A stretch of DNA of 64,000 nt, taken from the NCBI GenBank assembly GCA_050633305.1, contig JBOEGF010000024.1:352001-416000 (forward strand). Direction: 5' to 3'. The notes beneath the pieces are model-generated. The model made no database searches. It saw only the letters and a list, made by a program, of their open reading frames with translations, and had not been told where the DNA came from. Each line of letters begins with the position of its first letter. Position 1 is the stretch's first letter. Position numbers and translations under genes: made by a program. Source of the DNA: Nannocystales bacterium. GTDB taxonomy: Bacteria; Myxococcota_A; Polyangia; Nannocystales; Nannocystaceae. Below, one piece after another: positions 39,850 to 48,842 of this stretch.

Positions 39850-41235
39850 GTGTCCGACTCGACGCAACAGACCCGCGCTCTCGGGGCGCTGCCCGCCATG
39901 GCGTTGGTGGCAGGATCGATGCTCGGCATCGGGATCTTCATCGCGCCACCGGTGGTGGCTGCCCAGATGGATCGCCCTGGCGCCTTCTTGGTCATGTGGA
40001 TGGTCGGGGGCATGTCGGCGTTGTGCGGGGCCCTCTCAGTGGCCGAGCTCGGCAGCATGATGCCGACCGCAGGCGGCGACTATCCTTATTTGAAGCGCGC
40101 GTACGGGCCCGGTTGGGCCTATGCGGCCGGTTGGCTGCAACTGCTGGCCATTTTTCCAGGGTCGCTGGCGGCCATGGCTGTGGCCACGGCAGCGTTTCAG
40201 TTCCCGATCGTCTTTGGCGATGCCTACGACGTCCCCGCGATGCTGGGCCTGCCGATTGACCCGACCATGTTCTGGGCGATCGGGATCGTCGTCACGCTCA
40301 CGACGCTCAACCACGTGGGCGTGGTGCTGTCCGGTCGTTTTCAGGTCGCGCTGACGGGGGTGCCGATCGCGATCCTGGTCGTGGTCAGTGTCGCGGTGTT
40401 GCTCTTCTCCGAGCACGAGGGCGCATGGTCGGCCGCCAGCCCCCAGACGTTTGAGCTTCCTGGCATCTCGGCCATCGCGCTCGCGTTTTTGCCGGTCTAC
40501 TTCGCCTACTCCGGCTGGAACGCGGCCATCTTTGTCGGCGGTGAGATCCGCAACCCCGGGCGCAACCTCCCGCGGGCGCTGGTGGGCGGAACGCTTGGCG
40601 TCACCGTCTTGTACTTCATGCTCTGCGTCGGGTTCCTGACTGTGTTCTCGATGGACGACCTGGCGAACACCGGCGAGGCCGGCACCGCTGCTGCCAGCTC
40701 CTTGTTCGGCGGGTTTGGAGTCTTGGTCGTGACCACCTTGATCCTGCTCGCGATGCTCGGGTCGATCAACGGCACGGTGATCACCGGCTCCCGGATCGCG
40801 TACGCCATGGCCAAGGACGGACAATGCGTGCGTCAGGCAGGCCACCTCGGCCGCTTCGGCACCCCGGCGGTCGCGCTGTGGATGCAGGCGGGCTTGGCCA
40901 TCTTGCTGATCCTCAGTCAGGGCTTCGAGCAGCTCGTCAACTACACGTCGGCTGCGATGCTGATCACCGGGACCATGACGGTCATGGCGGTCTTCGTCCT
41001 CCGCCGAAAATTGCCCGACATGCACCGCCCCTACCGTACCTGGGGCTACCCTGTCACCCCGCTGCTCTACGCGGGTTCGAGCGTGTTCGTGCTCGTGATG
41101 CTGGCCAAGGATCTCGATCCTTCGGTGTTCCTCGGCATGGTCTGGTTCGGCGCGGCGTGGGCATTTCACCGCTGGGTCATCGCCCCCCGGACCGCCAGCC
41201 CCGACGTTCCGGCTGGCGCGCCAGAGAACGCCTGA
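39850..41235 (+). CDS. APC family amino acid permease
   Basis: GSMLGIGIF, AELGSMMPTAGGDY, FAYSGWN, EIRNPGRNLPRA, HRPYRTWGYP; start estimated. Confidence 0.93.
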   Translation: MSDSTQQTRALGALPAMALVAGSMLGIGIFIAPPVVAAQMDRPGAFLVMWMVGGMSALCGALSVAELGSMMPTAGGDYPYLKRAYGPGWAYAAGWLQLLAIFPGSLAAMAVATAAFQFPIVFGDAYDVPAMLGLPIDPTMFWAIGIVVTLTTLNHVGVVLSGRFQVALTGVPIAILVVVSVAVLLFSEHEGAWSAASPQTFELPGISAIALAFLPVYFAYSGWNAAIFVGGEIRNPGRNLPRALVGGTLGVTVLYFMLCVGFLTVFSMDDLANTGEAGTAAASSLFGGFGVLVVTTLILLAMLGSINGTVITGSRIAYAMAKDGQCVRQAGHLGRFGTPAVALWMQAGLAILLILSQGFEQLVNYTSAAMLITGTMTVMAVFVLRRKLPDMHRPYRTWGYPVTPLLYAGSSVFVLVMLAKDLDPSVFLGMVWFGAAWAFHRWVIAPRTASPDVPAGAPENA

Positions 41236-41283
41236 CAACCACAACTTGCCAGCGCGGCTGTTGGGGCGCGAGGATGGTTGTGG

Positions 41284-42432
41284 ATGCGTGGCTTGATCAT
41301 TGGACTGGGACTTCTTGGGGGCGGACTGCTGAGCACGGCATTGGCGTGTGACTCGGACACCGGGCAGAGCTGCACCGTCGGCTCGCTCGACTGCGCCTGC
41401 ACAGCCGGAGGGGGCTGCGATCCGGGCCTCTCCTGCGCCGGGGACGTCTGCATCGTCGTCGACAACGGCACCTCCGGGCAGCCGCCGAGCGGCAGTTCGA
41501 GCGCCTCCGACCCCAGCGCCGGCGTGACGACCACACCCACCAGCGCCGGGTCTTCTACGTCGCCGGACAGCGCCGACACCAGTGGAGGTGGCCTCATCCT
41601 CGACGTCGGCAACGGTGAGACCGGGGTTGGGCCGACCTCCGGGTGTCAGGCCATCGACATTCTGTTCGCCCTCGACTCGTCCGGTTCGATGATCGAGGAG
41701 CGGGCGGCGTTGGCTGCGACCAACGCGTTCAGCCAGATCCTGTTGACCCTCGAAGGCCTCAACGGCGGCGGCATCGACTACCGCGTCGGACTGACGACGG
41801 CCAATGACCATGGGTTCTTGACTCCACTGGGGTGGCTGGAGCCCGAGCCTTGGTTTGACTCGACAGTGACCGAGCTGGATCTGATGTCGCTCGCGTTCAA
41901 CGGCGCGGCGGGGCAGATCGGCGGGCTCGGGGATCCCGCTGCTGGGTGTGAGCACGTGCTGACCTCCGCAGTGAACCTCCTGGTCGCGGATACCACGGAG
42001 TTCGTTCGTGATGACGCGCTGCTCGTGTTGGTGCTCGTCACCGACGTGGACGACTTTGGTGCGTATGACCAACTCGGCGGTAACTCTTGCGGGCTGGGCT
42101 GCACCACGCCTCCGAGCGACCTTGGAGCGCTGAGGACGTTGCTCGTCGACACCGTCAAGGCGGGTCAAGAGGATGGCGTCGCGGTGATCACGGTCGCAGG
42201 CGACCCGACTTCGAACGATGGTCTGAACTTCTGTGAGCAGCCCGGGAGTTGTGGCTGTGCCGGGCTGGATTGCGCCGTGTTTCATGCGACGCGGCTGTAC
42301 GAGTTCTCCGACATGTTGGGCGACCAAGGGATCACCGCGGACCTTTGCGGGGCGAACATCCCCATGGTCGTGGAGACGGTGCTGACCGACAGCATCGACC
42401 AGATCTGCCAGGACTTCGAACCCGAGGGGTGA
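41284..42432 (+). CDS. Cys-rich lipoprotein with a von Willebrand A domain
   Basis: Lipobox ALAC, CTVGSLDCAC module, MIDAS DSSGS (DILFALDSSGSM), VTDVDD. Confidence 0.8.
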   Translation: MRGLIIGLGLLGGGLLSTALACDSDTGQSCTVGSLDCACTAGGGCDPGLSCAGDVCIVVDNGTSGQPPSGSSSASDPSAGVTTTPTSAGSSTSPDSADTSGGGLILDVGNGETGVGPTSGCQAIDILFALDSSGSMIEERAALAATNAFSQILLTLEGLNGGGIDYRVGLTTANDHGFLTPLGWLEPEPWFDSTVTELDLMSLAFNGAAGQIGGLGDPAAGCEHVLTSAVNLLVADTTEFVRDDALLVLVLVTDVDDFGAYDQLGGNSCGLGCTTPPSDLGALRTLLVDTVKAGQEDGVAVITVAGDPTSNDGLNFCEQPGSCGCAGLDCAVFHATRLYEFSDMLGDQGITADLCGANIPMVVETVLTDSIDQICQDFEPEG

Positions 42433-42444
42433 GCGACTTCGTCG

Positions 42445-42640
42445 CGGTCTGGGACGCCGCAGAGGATGCGCCACCAAGTCGAGTACGCCCGCGCCGTCGG
42501 CGCCCCGATGGCGACCACGCCTTCGTTAACCGTGGACCACCCAGGTGTCACCGACCCGCGAAGAACTGCTCCAGAATGGCGGCGGCCGGACCTTCGCGTC
42601 GGGCAGGGACTGGGTCTGCCCATCCTCTGCATACGTGCCG
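42445..42640 (-). pseudogene. Possible frameshifted remnant of a DUF1566/Lcl C-terminal (C-type-lectin-like) domain
   Basis: FWSSSSRVGDTWVVH then, after a 1-nt shift, NEGVVAIGAPTARAYSTWWRILC; no intact upstream ORF. Confidence 0.35.
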
Positions 42641-42941
42641 AGCCCCAGGTTCCGGCCCGTGGATCCAGAGCTCCCAGAGCCCTTGGGGTCCATCGAGGCC
42701 GCTCGGACGCAGGACGATGTCTCCGCCAACCGCAACCGCACCGGGTCGGTTGCCGAAGATCCTCTGCAAGCGAAGCGGCGCGCCGCCACAGATGTCGACG
42801 ACGTGGTGCTGCCTTTCGCCGCCCGATCGTGAGCGCGCTGGCGCAGTGGCAGACCACGGCAGCGTTCACTCGCGGGGGACGCGTGCGGACAAAACACCGC
42901 GACCCCTGCAACGCGAGCCGCCACGATCCGTCTCGTTCGTC

Positions 42942-44372
42942 GTGCAGCTCCCTCTGCGTCCGCGCCCCGCCTTTCTGCTTGGAATGCTCATCGTCGCGGT
43001 CACGGCGTGTGGTGACGATGCGGTGGATGGGGCCGACACCGACGATGTGGCGTCGACCAGCGCCGCCGCCCCCGGGTCCACCGCTCCATCTGGAGTTACG
43101 AGCGAAGGAACCCAAGGCGAGGATACGTCCGGAGGCTCGGGCTCCGACACCAGCGTAGACCCAACGTCGGGCCCGGACAGCGACTCCGACTCTGGTTCTG
43201 AGACCGATGACAGCTCGGACCGACCGCCTTGCGTCGGCACCCACTTTGGCGACGCCCTCGAGTGGATGGTGCCTTATCCCGCCGATGTCGCGGCCAACGG
43301 CTACCACGCTGTGCTCGACATGAACGACGACGGCTTCCCGGACTTCGTTCAGACCGATCAGGAAGCCGGCAGCGGCTCGGCCCAACTGGGCGAGACGCAC
43401 TGGGTCGTGTACTTCGGGTCCGGGTCCGGGTTCTCCGATAGCCCCCAAGATTGGGCACTCCCGTACCCCGCGGACGTGCTCGCCAACGGCTACCACGCCA
43501 TCCTCGACATCGATGGCGACGGGCTGCCCGACTTCGTCCAGACCGATCAAGAAAACGGCAACGGGCCCGACACCCTCGGCATGACTCGTTGGGACGTCTA
43601 CCTCGGCGACGGCGTGGGCTTCGCAGACTCTCCCACGGCCTGGGCTATCCCATACCCCGCCGATGTCCTGTCCAACGGATATCACGCCGTGCTCGACATG
43701 AACGCCGACGGCATCCCCGACTTCGTCCAGACCGATCAAGAAAGCGGAAACGGGGCCAACGAGCTCGGCATTTCCCGGTGGGACGTCTACCTGGGCGGCG
43801 CCTCAGGGTTTGCCGAAGTTGCCGCTGCATGGGCGATCCCGTACCCCGCGGACGTGCTCGCCAACGGCTACCACGCTGTGCTCGACCTCGACGGCGACAG
43901 TTTTGCCGACTTCGTCCAGACCGACCAGGAGAATGGCAATGGCGCCGACGAACTGGGCATGTCGCGATGGGGTCTGCACACCGGGAACGGAGCAGGGTTT
44001 GCCAACGCTGCGCACGGCTGGGCGATCCCATACGCCGCGGACGTGCTAGCCAACGGCCACCACAGCGTTCTGGACATGGACGGACAAGGACCGCCGGACT
44101 TCATCCAGACCGACCAAGAGGGGGGCGTGGGCCCGAATGCGGGGATGGACGCCTGGGTCTTGTACAGCAACGACGGCAGCGGATTCGCCGACGCGTCGCC
44201 GTGGCCGATTCCATATCCTGCGGATGTCTTCGCCAATGGGTATCACGTGGTCATGGACCTGACCGGCGACGGCCTACCCGACTTCGTCCAGACCGACGAC
44301 GAAGCGGGCAACGGCACACCCGACATCGGCACCTCGCACTGGCGCGTATTCCCGGGCGCCTGCGACGAGTAG
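42942..44372 (+). CDS. Lipoprotein with six FG-GAP/VCBS-like repeats (beta-propeller)
   Basis: Lipobox VTAC, S/T/D linker, 6 x PYPADVxANGYHxxLDxxxDGxPDFVQTDQE; start estimated. Confidence 0.85.
   Translation: MQLPLRPRPAFLLGMLIVAVTACGDDAVDGADTDDVASTSAAAPGSTAPSGVTSEGTQGEDTSGGSGSDTSVDPTSGPDSDSDSGSETDDSSDRPPCVGTHFGDALEWMVPYPADVAANGYHAVLDMNDDGFPDFVQTDQEAGSGSAQLGETHWVVYFGSGSGFSDSPQDWALPYPADVLANGYHAILDIDGDGLPDFVQTDQENGNGPDTLGMTRWDVYLGDGVGFADSPTAWAIPYPADVLSNGYHAVLDMNADGIPDFVQTDQESGNGANELGISRWDVYLGGASGFAEVAAAWAIPYPADVLANGYHAVLDLDGDSFADFVQTDQENGNGADELGMSRWGLHTGNGAGFANAAHGWAIPYAADVLANGHHSVLDMDGQGPPDFIQTDQEGGVGPNAGMDAWVLYSNDGSGFADASPWPIPYPADVFANGYHVVMDLTGDGLPDFVQTDDEAGNGTPDIGTSHWRVFPGACDE
43264..44352 (+). 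repeat. Intragenic tandem repeat, six units of about 180-190 bp
   Basis: Recurrent GCCAACGGCTACCACGC and GACTTCGTCCAGACCGA blocks. Confidence 0.85.
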
Positions 44373-44561
44373 AGGGCAGGAAGCTGGCATGGAGGACCGC
44401 GGGAAGCTCCTCGCCGCGGGAGGGAGGGAGGGAGGGAGTTCCGCGGGTGTGCGCCCAAGGGGCGAAGTCGAGGCTCGCCAGAGCGACCTCATCGGATTCT
44501 TCGCGACTTCGATGTTCGGCCCGCGTGGCAGGGGCAGACAGGCGAAAAAATGCGAGAGCAG

Positions 44562-44785
44562 ATGGGCATCAATCAAGGTTGGGTACATCCGTGGCTGCGG
44601 GTGTGTGGCTGAGTCTCGTTCTCACCTCGGCTGTGAACGGATGTGGAACTGCTGGGACCGACGGAGGCCCGTGTACGCAGGGGGAGACTCAGCCGTGCGT
44701 GTGCGCAGACGGCGAGCTCGACCGCCCCATGACCCGACGCATCGCAGGGGGTTGGAGGAGCAGCACTCCGACGACCAAAGCGTGA
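44562..44785 (+). pseudogene. Truncated or frameshifted Cys-rich lipoprotein remnant
   Basis: MGINQGWVHPWLRV, a shift in a GTGTGT run, then WLSLVLTSAVNGC...CTQGETQPCVCADG, followed by early loss of coding character. Confidence 0.4.
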
Positions 44786-44950
44786 GGGACAGCCGCCCCG
44801 CGAAGTCTGTCTTCGCATGGTCGGCCAGGAGCGTCCGCCACGAGGTTCTTGGTCCTCGCGTACCCCGCCGGGCAGCCCGGCGGTCGTTCCTCGTAACCGA
44901 ATGCTCGCTCGAGACTAACCCCTCTCGTACATGCTTTCGGAAGCGAATCG

Positions 44951-45316
44951 ATGACGAAACACCTGACCCAGATCCTTGAAGCAGTTGCACTTTCTGCTGG
45001 CCTTGCCCTGACCCCAGCGTGTGACAATGACGACGATGGCGACACCGGCGCAGGCTCCGACTCGGAGACAGCCGGTTCAACCTCCTCGGCTGGATGCCCT
45101 GGGGCGACGTCGAGTTCTGGATGCCCCAGTGGCACCACGACCTCGGGCTGTCCGGGTGCGACCTCGAGCACCGCCGGATGCCCAGGTGCGACGTCGAGCA
45201 CCGCCGGATGCCCAGGTGCGACGTCGAGCACCGCCGGATGCCCGGGGGCGACGTCGAGCACCGCCGGATGCCCAGGTGCCACGGGTTCGTCGTCTGGCAG
45301 CTCTTCGAGTGGCTGA
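44951..45316 (+). CDS. Small exported (lipo)peptide with seven GCP(G/S) repeats
   Basis: Signal ending TPAC; variation among the 30-bp units is synonymous in this frame. Confidence 0.75.
   Translation: MTKHLTQILEAVALSAGLALTPACDNDDDGDTGAGSDSETAGSTSSAGCPGATSSSGCPSGTTTSGCPGATSSTAGCPGATSSTAGCPGATSSTAGCPGATSSTAGCPGATGSSSGSSSSG
45092..45283 (+). repeat. Coding tandem repeat: two 27-bp units, four 30-bp units and a partial unit (GCPGATSSTA)
   Basis: Consensus GGATGCCCAGGTGCGACGTCGAGCACCGCC, head to tail with no spacers. Confidence 0.92.
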
Positions 45317-45391
45317 GCCGTAGGGCCTCCGGACGCCCCGGGTCGCCTGGGAGAGCCCCCGGTCTCGGCGGATGAGGTGCTTCTCAGGGGC

Positions 45392-45451
45392 GCGAAGAAT
45401 GTCTCGAGCCGTACTGGTTCGGCGTTGAACTCAGGCTCGAGCCATCTTCGC
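45392..45451. other. Long imperfect intergenic hairpin
   Basis: GCGAAGA..CTCGAGCC...GTTC-GGCGTT-GAAC...GGCTCGAG..TCTTCGC. Confidence 0.55.
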
Positions 45452-45591
45452 TTCCGGTTGGACCCTTTGGCCTCCGGTTTTCTCGCAAGCTCGGCGGCCA
45501 CCGGGAGGGGTCAGCTTCAAGGAGCCTTCGTAGACACTTCTTCACACGATCCGACGTAGGACGCTCACAAACGCCGGCTACCGTCTCCGCC

Positions 45592-46035
45592 GTGAGACGA
45601 CTTCTCCCGCCTCAGTTGCTCGTGTTGTCGCTGATGACAATGCTTGCGTTGCATTGGCTCGCGCCTGTTGTCGAGTTCGTTCCATGGCCGTGGCGAGCCG
45701 GCGGCGCGCTGCTCATCGCGGGAGGCTTGGGGATGGCGGTCCGGGCAAAGCGGGTATTCCAGGGACTCGGTGCCAACGTGCCGACGTTCAACGACCCCAC
45801 CCATCTCGTGGAGGTGGGGCTCTTCGCTCATTCGCGAAACCCGATGTATCTCGGCTTCGCGGTCGCGCTGTTGGGCGCCGCGACCCTGTTGGGTTCCGCG
45901 AGCGCGTTCGCGGTCATGCTCACGAACACTGTCGTCACCGACGTTTGGTACATCCGCTACGAGGAACAGGCGATGAGAGCCTCTTTCGGCGAGGCGTACG
46001 CCGACTACTGTCGACGGGTCCGCCGGTGGCTCTGA
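45592..46035 (+). CDS. Isoprenylcysteine carboxyl methyltransferase (ICMT/PEMT) family membrane protein
   Basis: LVEVGLFAHSRNPMYLG, EEQAMRASFGEAYADYCRRVRRWL. Confidence 0.9.
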   Translation: MRRLLPPQLLVLSLMTMLALHWLAPVVEFVPWPWRAGGALLIAGGLGMAVRAKRVFQGLGANVPTFNDPTHLVEVGLFAHSRNPMYLGFAVALLGAATLLGSASAFAVMLTNTVVTDVWYIRYEEQAMRASFGEAYADYCRRVRRWL

Positions 46036-46160
46036 GCTGTCGATGGCTCTTCCCTGGACGCCTCGAAGGCACCGCGCTCCCCTGGGGGGGAGGCCGCAAC
46101 TCGGCGTGGGCGCGTGACCTCGGGAGCGCCGGCGCCTTTCCTTGCTAAGGTGGAACGGCG

Positions 46161-47144
46161 ATGCCGCCAACGATCGAAGAGTCCGAGCGCGAGCTCGAGC
46201 GGTTCTCTCGGGGTGTTGGGAGCTCGGTCGCAGTCGAGGCCCTCAGTGCCTCCGAACGGAGAGCCCGGTGGGGCGACTCGGGCCGCAGCGGCAGTGTCAC
46301 CTCTTCGGTGCTGCGCTCAGGTGTTGCCCTCAGCCTGTCGACGGTCCGCTGGGAACGGTCTTGGTCGGTCTCGATCGACCAGCGTCCGGCCGCGCTGAAG
46401 TTCGTCCTCCTTCGAGGGCGAGGTCCACGGCTCACGACGTCGGACGGTGCTGACCTCTCGCTGGACGGAGGCATGCTCCACCTCGGGAGTATCAACCGAC
46501 CGGTCCGCATGACGTTCGCGTTCGAAGCATCGCCGGTGCCTGCGACCCACGAAGAACTCTCGGCGGAGATCGAGCCCAAGCGCCTCTGCGAGCTCTTGGG
46601 ATCGTCGGTCCTGCCGGATCCGGTCGAAGCGCTGCTTGGCAGCGAGCGTGCGTACCCATTTGTTTCGGTTCCGATGGGGCCAGCGTTGTTGCGAACGTTC
46701 GATGACCTGATCGCCAGCGGTACCCGCGGTGCGACCCGAATGCTGCACCAGGAGGCAGTGGGGCTCGAGCTTGTCGCGGCGGCGCTTGATCGAATCGAGG
46801 AGAGCGCGCGCGTCGCGTCTCACTTGTCCCCGCATCATCAGGAGTGCCTGGAGAACGCCCGAACGCGATTGCTGGCGCAGATGGAAGACCCGCCGTCACT
46901 GGCCGAACTCGCTCGCGCTGTTGGACTGAACGAGTTCAAACTCAAGGCTGGGTTTCGGGCTCTGTTTGGCCAGCCTGTGTTCGCCTACCTGCGGGACCAA
47001 CGCATGCAAAAGGCCCGGGAGTTGCTCAGCGGCCGTCGTCATTCGGTGGCCGAGGTGGCCTTGATGGTTGGCTACCGCAACCCGAGCAAGTTTGCGGCGG
47101 CATTCCGAAAGCGGTTCGGCATCCGTCCCTCCGCGCTCAACTGA
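46161..47144 (+). CDS. AraC family transcriptional regulator (PchR-like)
   Basis: PPSLAELARAVGLNEFKLKAGFRALFG, VAEVALMVGYRNPSKFAAAFRKRFG. Confidence 0.92.
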   Translation: MPPTIEESERELERFSRGVGSSVAVEALSASERRARWGDSGRSGSVTSSVLRSGVALSLSTVRWERSWSVSIDQRPAALKFVLLRGRGPRLTTSDGADLSLDGGMLHLGSINRPVRMTFAFEASPVPATHEELSAEIEPKRLCELLGSSVLPDPVEALLGSERAYPFVSVPMGPALLRTFDDLIASGTRGATRMLHQEAVGLELVAAALDRIEESARVASHLSPHHQECLENARTRLLAQMEDPPSLAELARAVGLNEFKLKAGFRALFGQPVFAYLRDQRMQKARELLSGRRHSVAEVALMVGYRNPSKFAAAFRKRFGIRPSALN

Positions 47145-47246
47145 CCGTTCGGCCCCGCGGGCGAAATGCTCCGGTTCGGAGCCAATGTGCTCCCGCGTGG
47201 AGCGGCGCGTCGCTGCGCGCTGTCGCTACGCTGCATGCCGGACGAC

Positions 47247-48245
47247 ATGAGAGCCGTTGTGTTTCACAAGTATGGGCCGCCGGAGGTCCTCGCGGTCGAG
47301 GAGGTCGCGAAGCCCACTCCGAAGGCCGATGAGATCCTCATCAGGGTGCACGCTTCAACGGTGTCGGCGGAGGACCCGAAGATGAGGAGCTTCAACCACC
47401 CGCCGATGCTGTGGATCCCGATCGCGGTGTTGTTCGGGTATCCGCGTCCACGGACGCAGGTGCTTGGAATGGAGCTGTCGGGAACGGTCGAGGCCGTGGG
47501 GCGCGCGGTCACACGCTTCCAGGTCGGTGACGCGGTCTTCGGGTACACGGGGGTCGGCCTGAGGGCGCATGCCGAGTATCGCTGCCTCCCGGAGAACAGC
47601 GTCCTGACCCGGAAGCCAGACTCGGTGAGCTTCACGGATGCCGCGGCGGTTCCGAACAGCGCGCTGACTGCCCTGGTCTATCTCCGCAACATGGGGAAAC
47701 TGGTACGAGGCGAGCGCGTCCTCATCTACGGTGCCTCGGGCGCCGTGGGCTCGGCGGCGGTGCAGATCGCGAAGTCTCTCGGCGCTGACGTCACCGGCGT
47801 GTGCAGCACCCGGAACGTGCAACTCGTGCGTTCCCTGGGAGCCGATCATGTTGTCGACTATACGTGTGAGCGGTTCACGGATGGCGGACGGGTGTACGAC
47901 GTCGTATTCGACACGATCGGGAAAACCAGCTTCGGAGACGTACGGTCAGTGCTCGACGATGAGGGCCGATATCTCGTCACCGTGTTTGGGGTTCTCGACC
48001 TCCTGAGGATGCTGTGGACACGGCTTCGTGGCGGCCCCCGGGTCCTCGGCGGAGCCTCCAACCTCTACTGGAAGCGCGACGACCTCGAGCTCCTCGTGGA
48101 CCTGATGGCTGAAGGCTCGTTCCGGGCGGTGGTCGACCGCTGCTACCCGATGACCGCAGCGATCGAGGCCCACCGGTACGTCGAGACGGGGCGGAAGCGG
48201 GGCAACGTGGTGCTTCAGATCAGGCCTGAGGACGCCGGCGGCTGA
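47247..48245 (+). CDS. NAD(P)-dependent MDR-family oxidoreductase (quinone oxidoreductase/alcohol dehydrogenase-like)
   Basis: YGPPEVL, LGMELSG, VLIYGASGAVG, AHRYVETGRKRGNVV. Confidence 0.92.
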   Translation: MRAVVFHKYGPPEVLAVEEVAKPTPKADEILIRVHASTVSAEDPKMRSFNHPPMLWIPIAVLFGYPRPRTQVLGMELSGTVEAVGRAVTRFQVGDAVFGYTGVGLRAHAEYRCLPENSVLTRKPDSVSFTDAAAVPNSALTALVYLRNMGKLVRGERVLIYGASGAVGSAAVQIAKSLGADVTGVCSTRNVQLVRSLGADHVVDYTCERFTDGGRVYDVVFDTIGKTSFGDVRSVLDDEGRYLVTVFGVLDLLRMLWTRLRGGPRVLGGASNLYWKRDDLELLVDLMAEGSFRAVVDRCYPMTAAIEAHRYVETGRKRGNVVLQIRPEDAGG

Positions 48246-48277
48246 GGGGCGTCTGCGCCATCACGGGCCGGGCCCGC

Positions 48278-48796
48278 TCAGTAGGGCCGCTTCGGAACTT
48301 CTTCGTCGACGCGGGCGCGGAACCGGCCCACGGCATCGATCGCGTCCGCGGCCGCATAGTCGAGGGAGAGATGCTGCGTGAGCTCGGGGACGAGCCAGGC
48401 CATCGTCGTGGGGACCGCGTCGAACACTTTGTGCTGGTACGGCTGCCTGGCGAGCATGGTCAGGCCTGAAACGATGCTTCGCACCGCGGCCGCGCGGAAG
48501 CCGGTGCCCTCGAAGGCCACACCGGACCCACGGATGTAGTCCGCGGTTCCAAGGAAGTTGGCGATCGCTGCGCGCGCGTCGTTCTCGGGGGCAGGGGCGT
48601 TCGCCTCGATGATCGTCAGGAGCCCGATCCCCTCGGACCGGCTCCTTCCAAACTCGGCGCAGTGCTTCTGCAGCTCGTCCGCACCCTCCATCGTGGTGCG
48701 CACCCGCCAGCAGCAGATGAACAGGTCCCGCCAGTAGCCGAGCGCGAAGTCGGGGGTCGCCTGCACGCACGCTGGCTCTGTCACGAAACCGTGCAT
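48278..48796 (-). CDS. Myxobacterial STAS/SEC14 (SpoIIAA-like) hypothetical protein
   Basis: Alpha/beta pattern with EGTGFRAAAVRSIVSGL...KVF....AWL typical of this myxobacterial family; recognised by eye. Confidence 0.6.
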   Translation of the reverse strand: MHGFVTEPACVQATPDFALGYWRDLFICCWRVRTTMEGADELQKHCAEFGRSRSEGIGLLTIIEANAPAPENDARAAIANFLGTADYIRGSGVAFEGTGFRAAAVRSIVSGLTMLARQPYQHKVFDAVPTTMAWLVPELTQHLSLDYAAADAIDAVGRFRARVDEEVPKRPY

Positions 48797-48842
48797 CAGC
48801 CGGAACCGTATCACTAGCTAGAGGCCACGGTACACTGTTCAC

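Noticed and set aside
42445..44372. Diversity-generating retroelement
   Set aside because: No reverse transcriptase and no template/variable repeat pair with adenine-specific differences were seen.
45092..45283. 30-bp repeats as a CRISPR array
   Set aside because: Units are head to tail with no unique spacers, vary synonymously within an ORF, and there are no cas genes.
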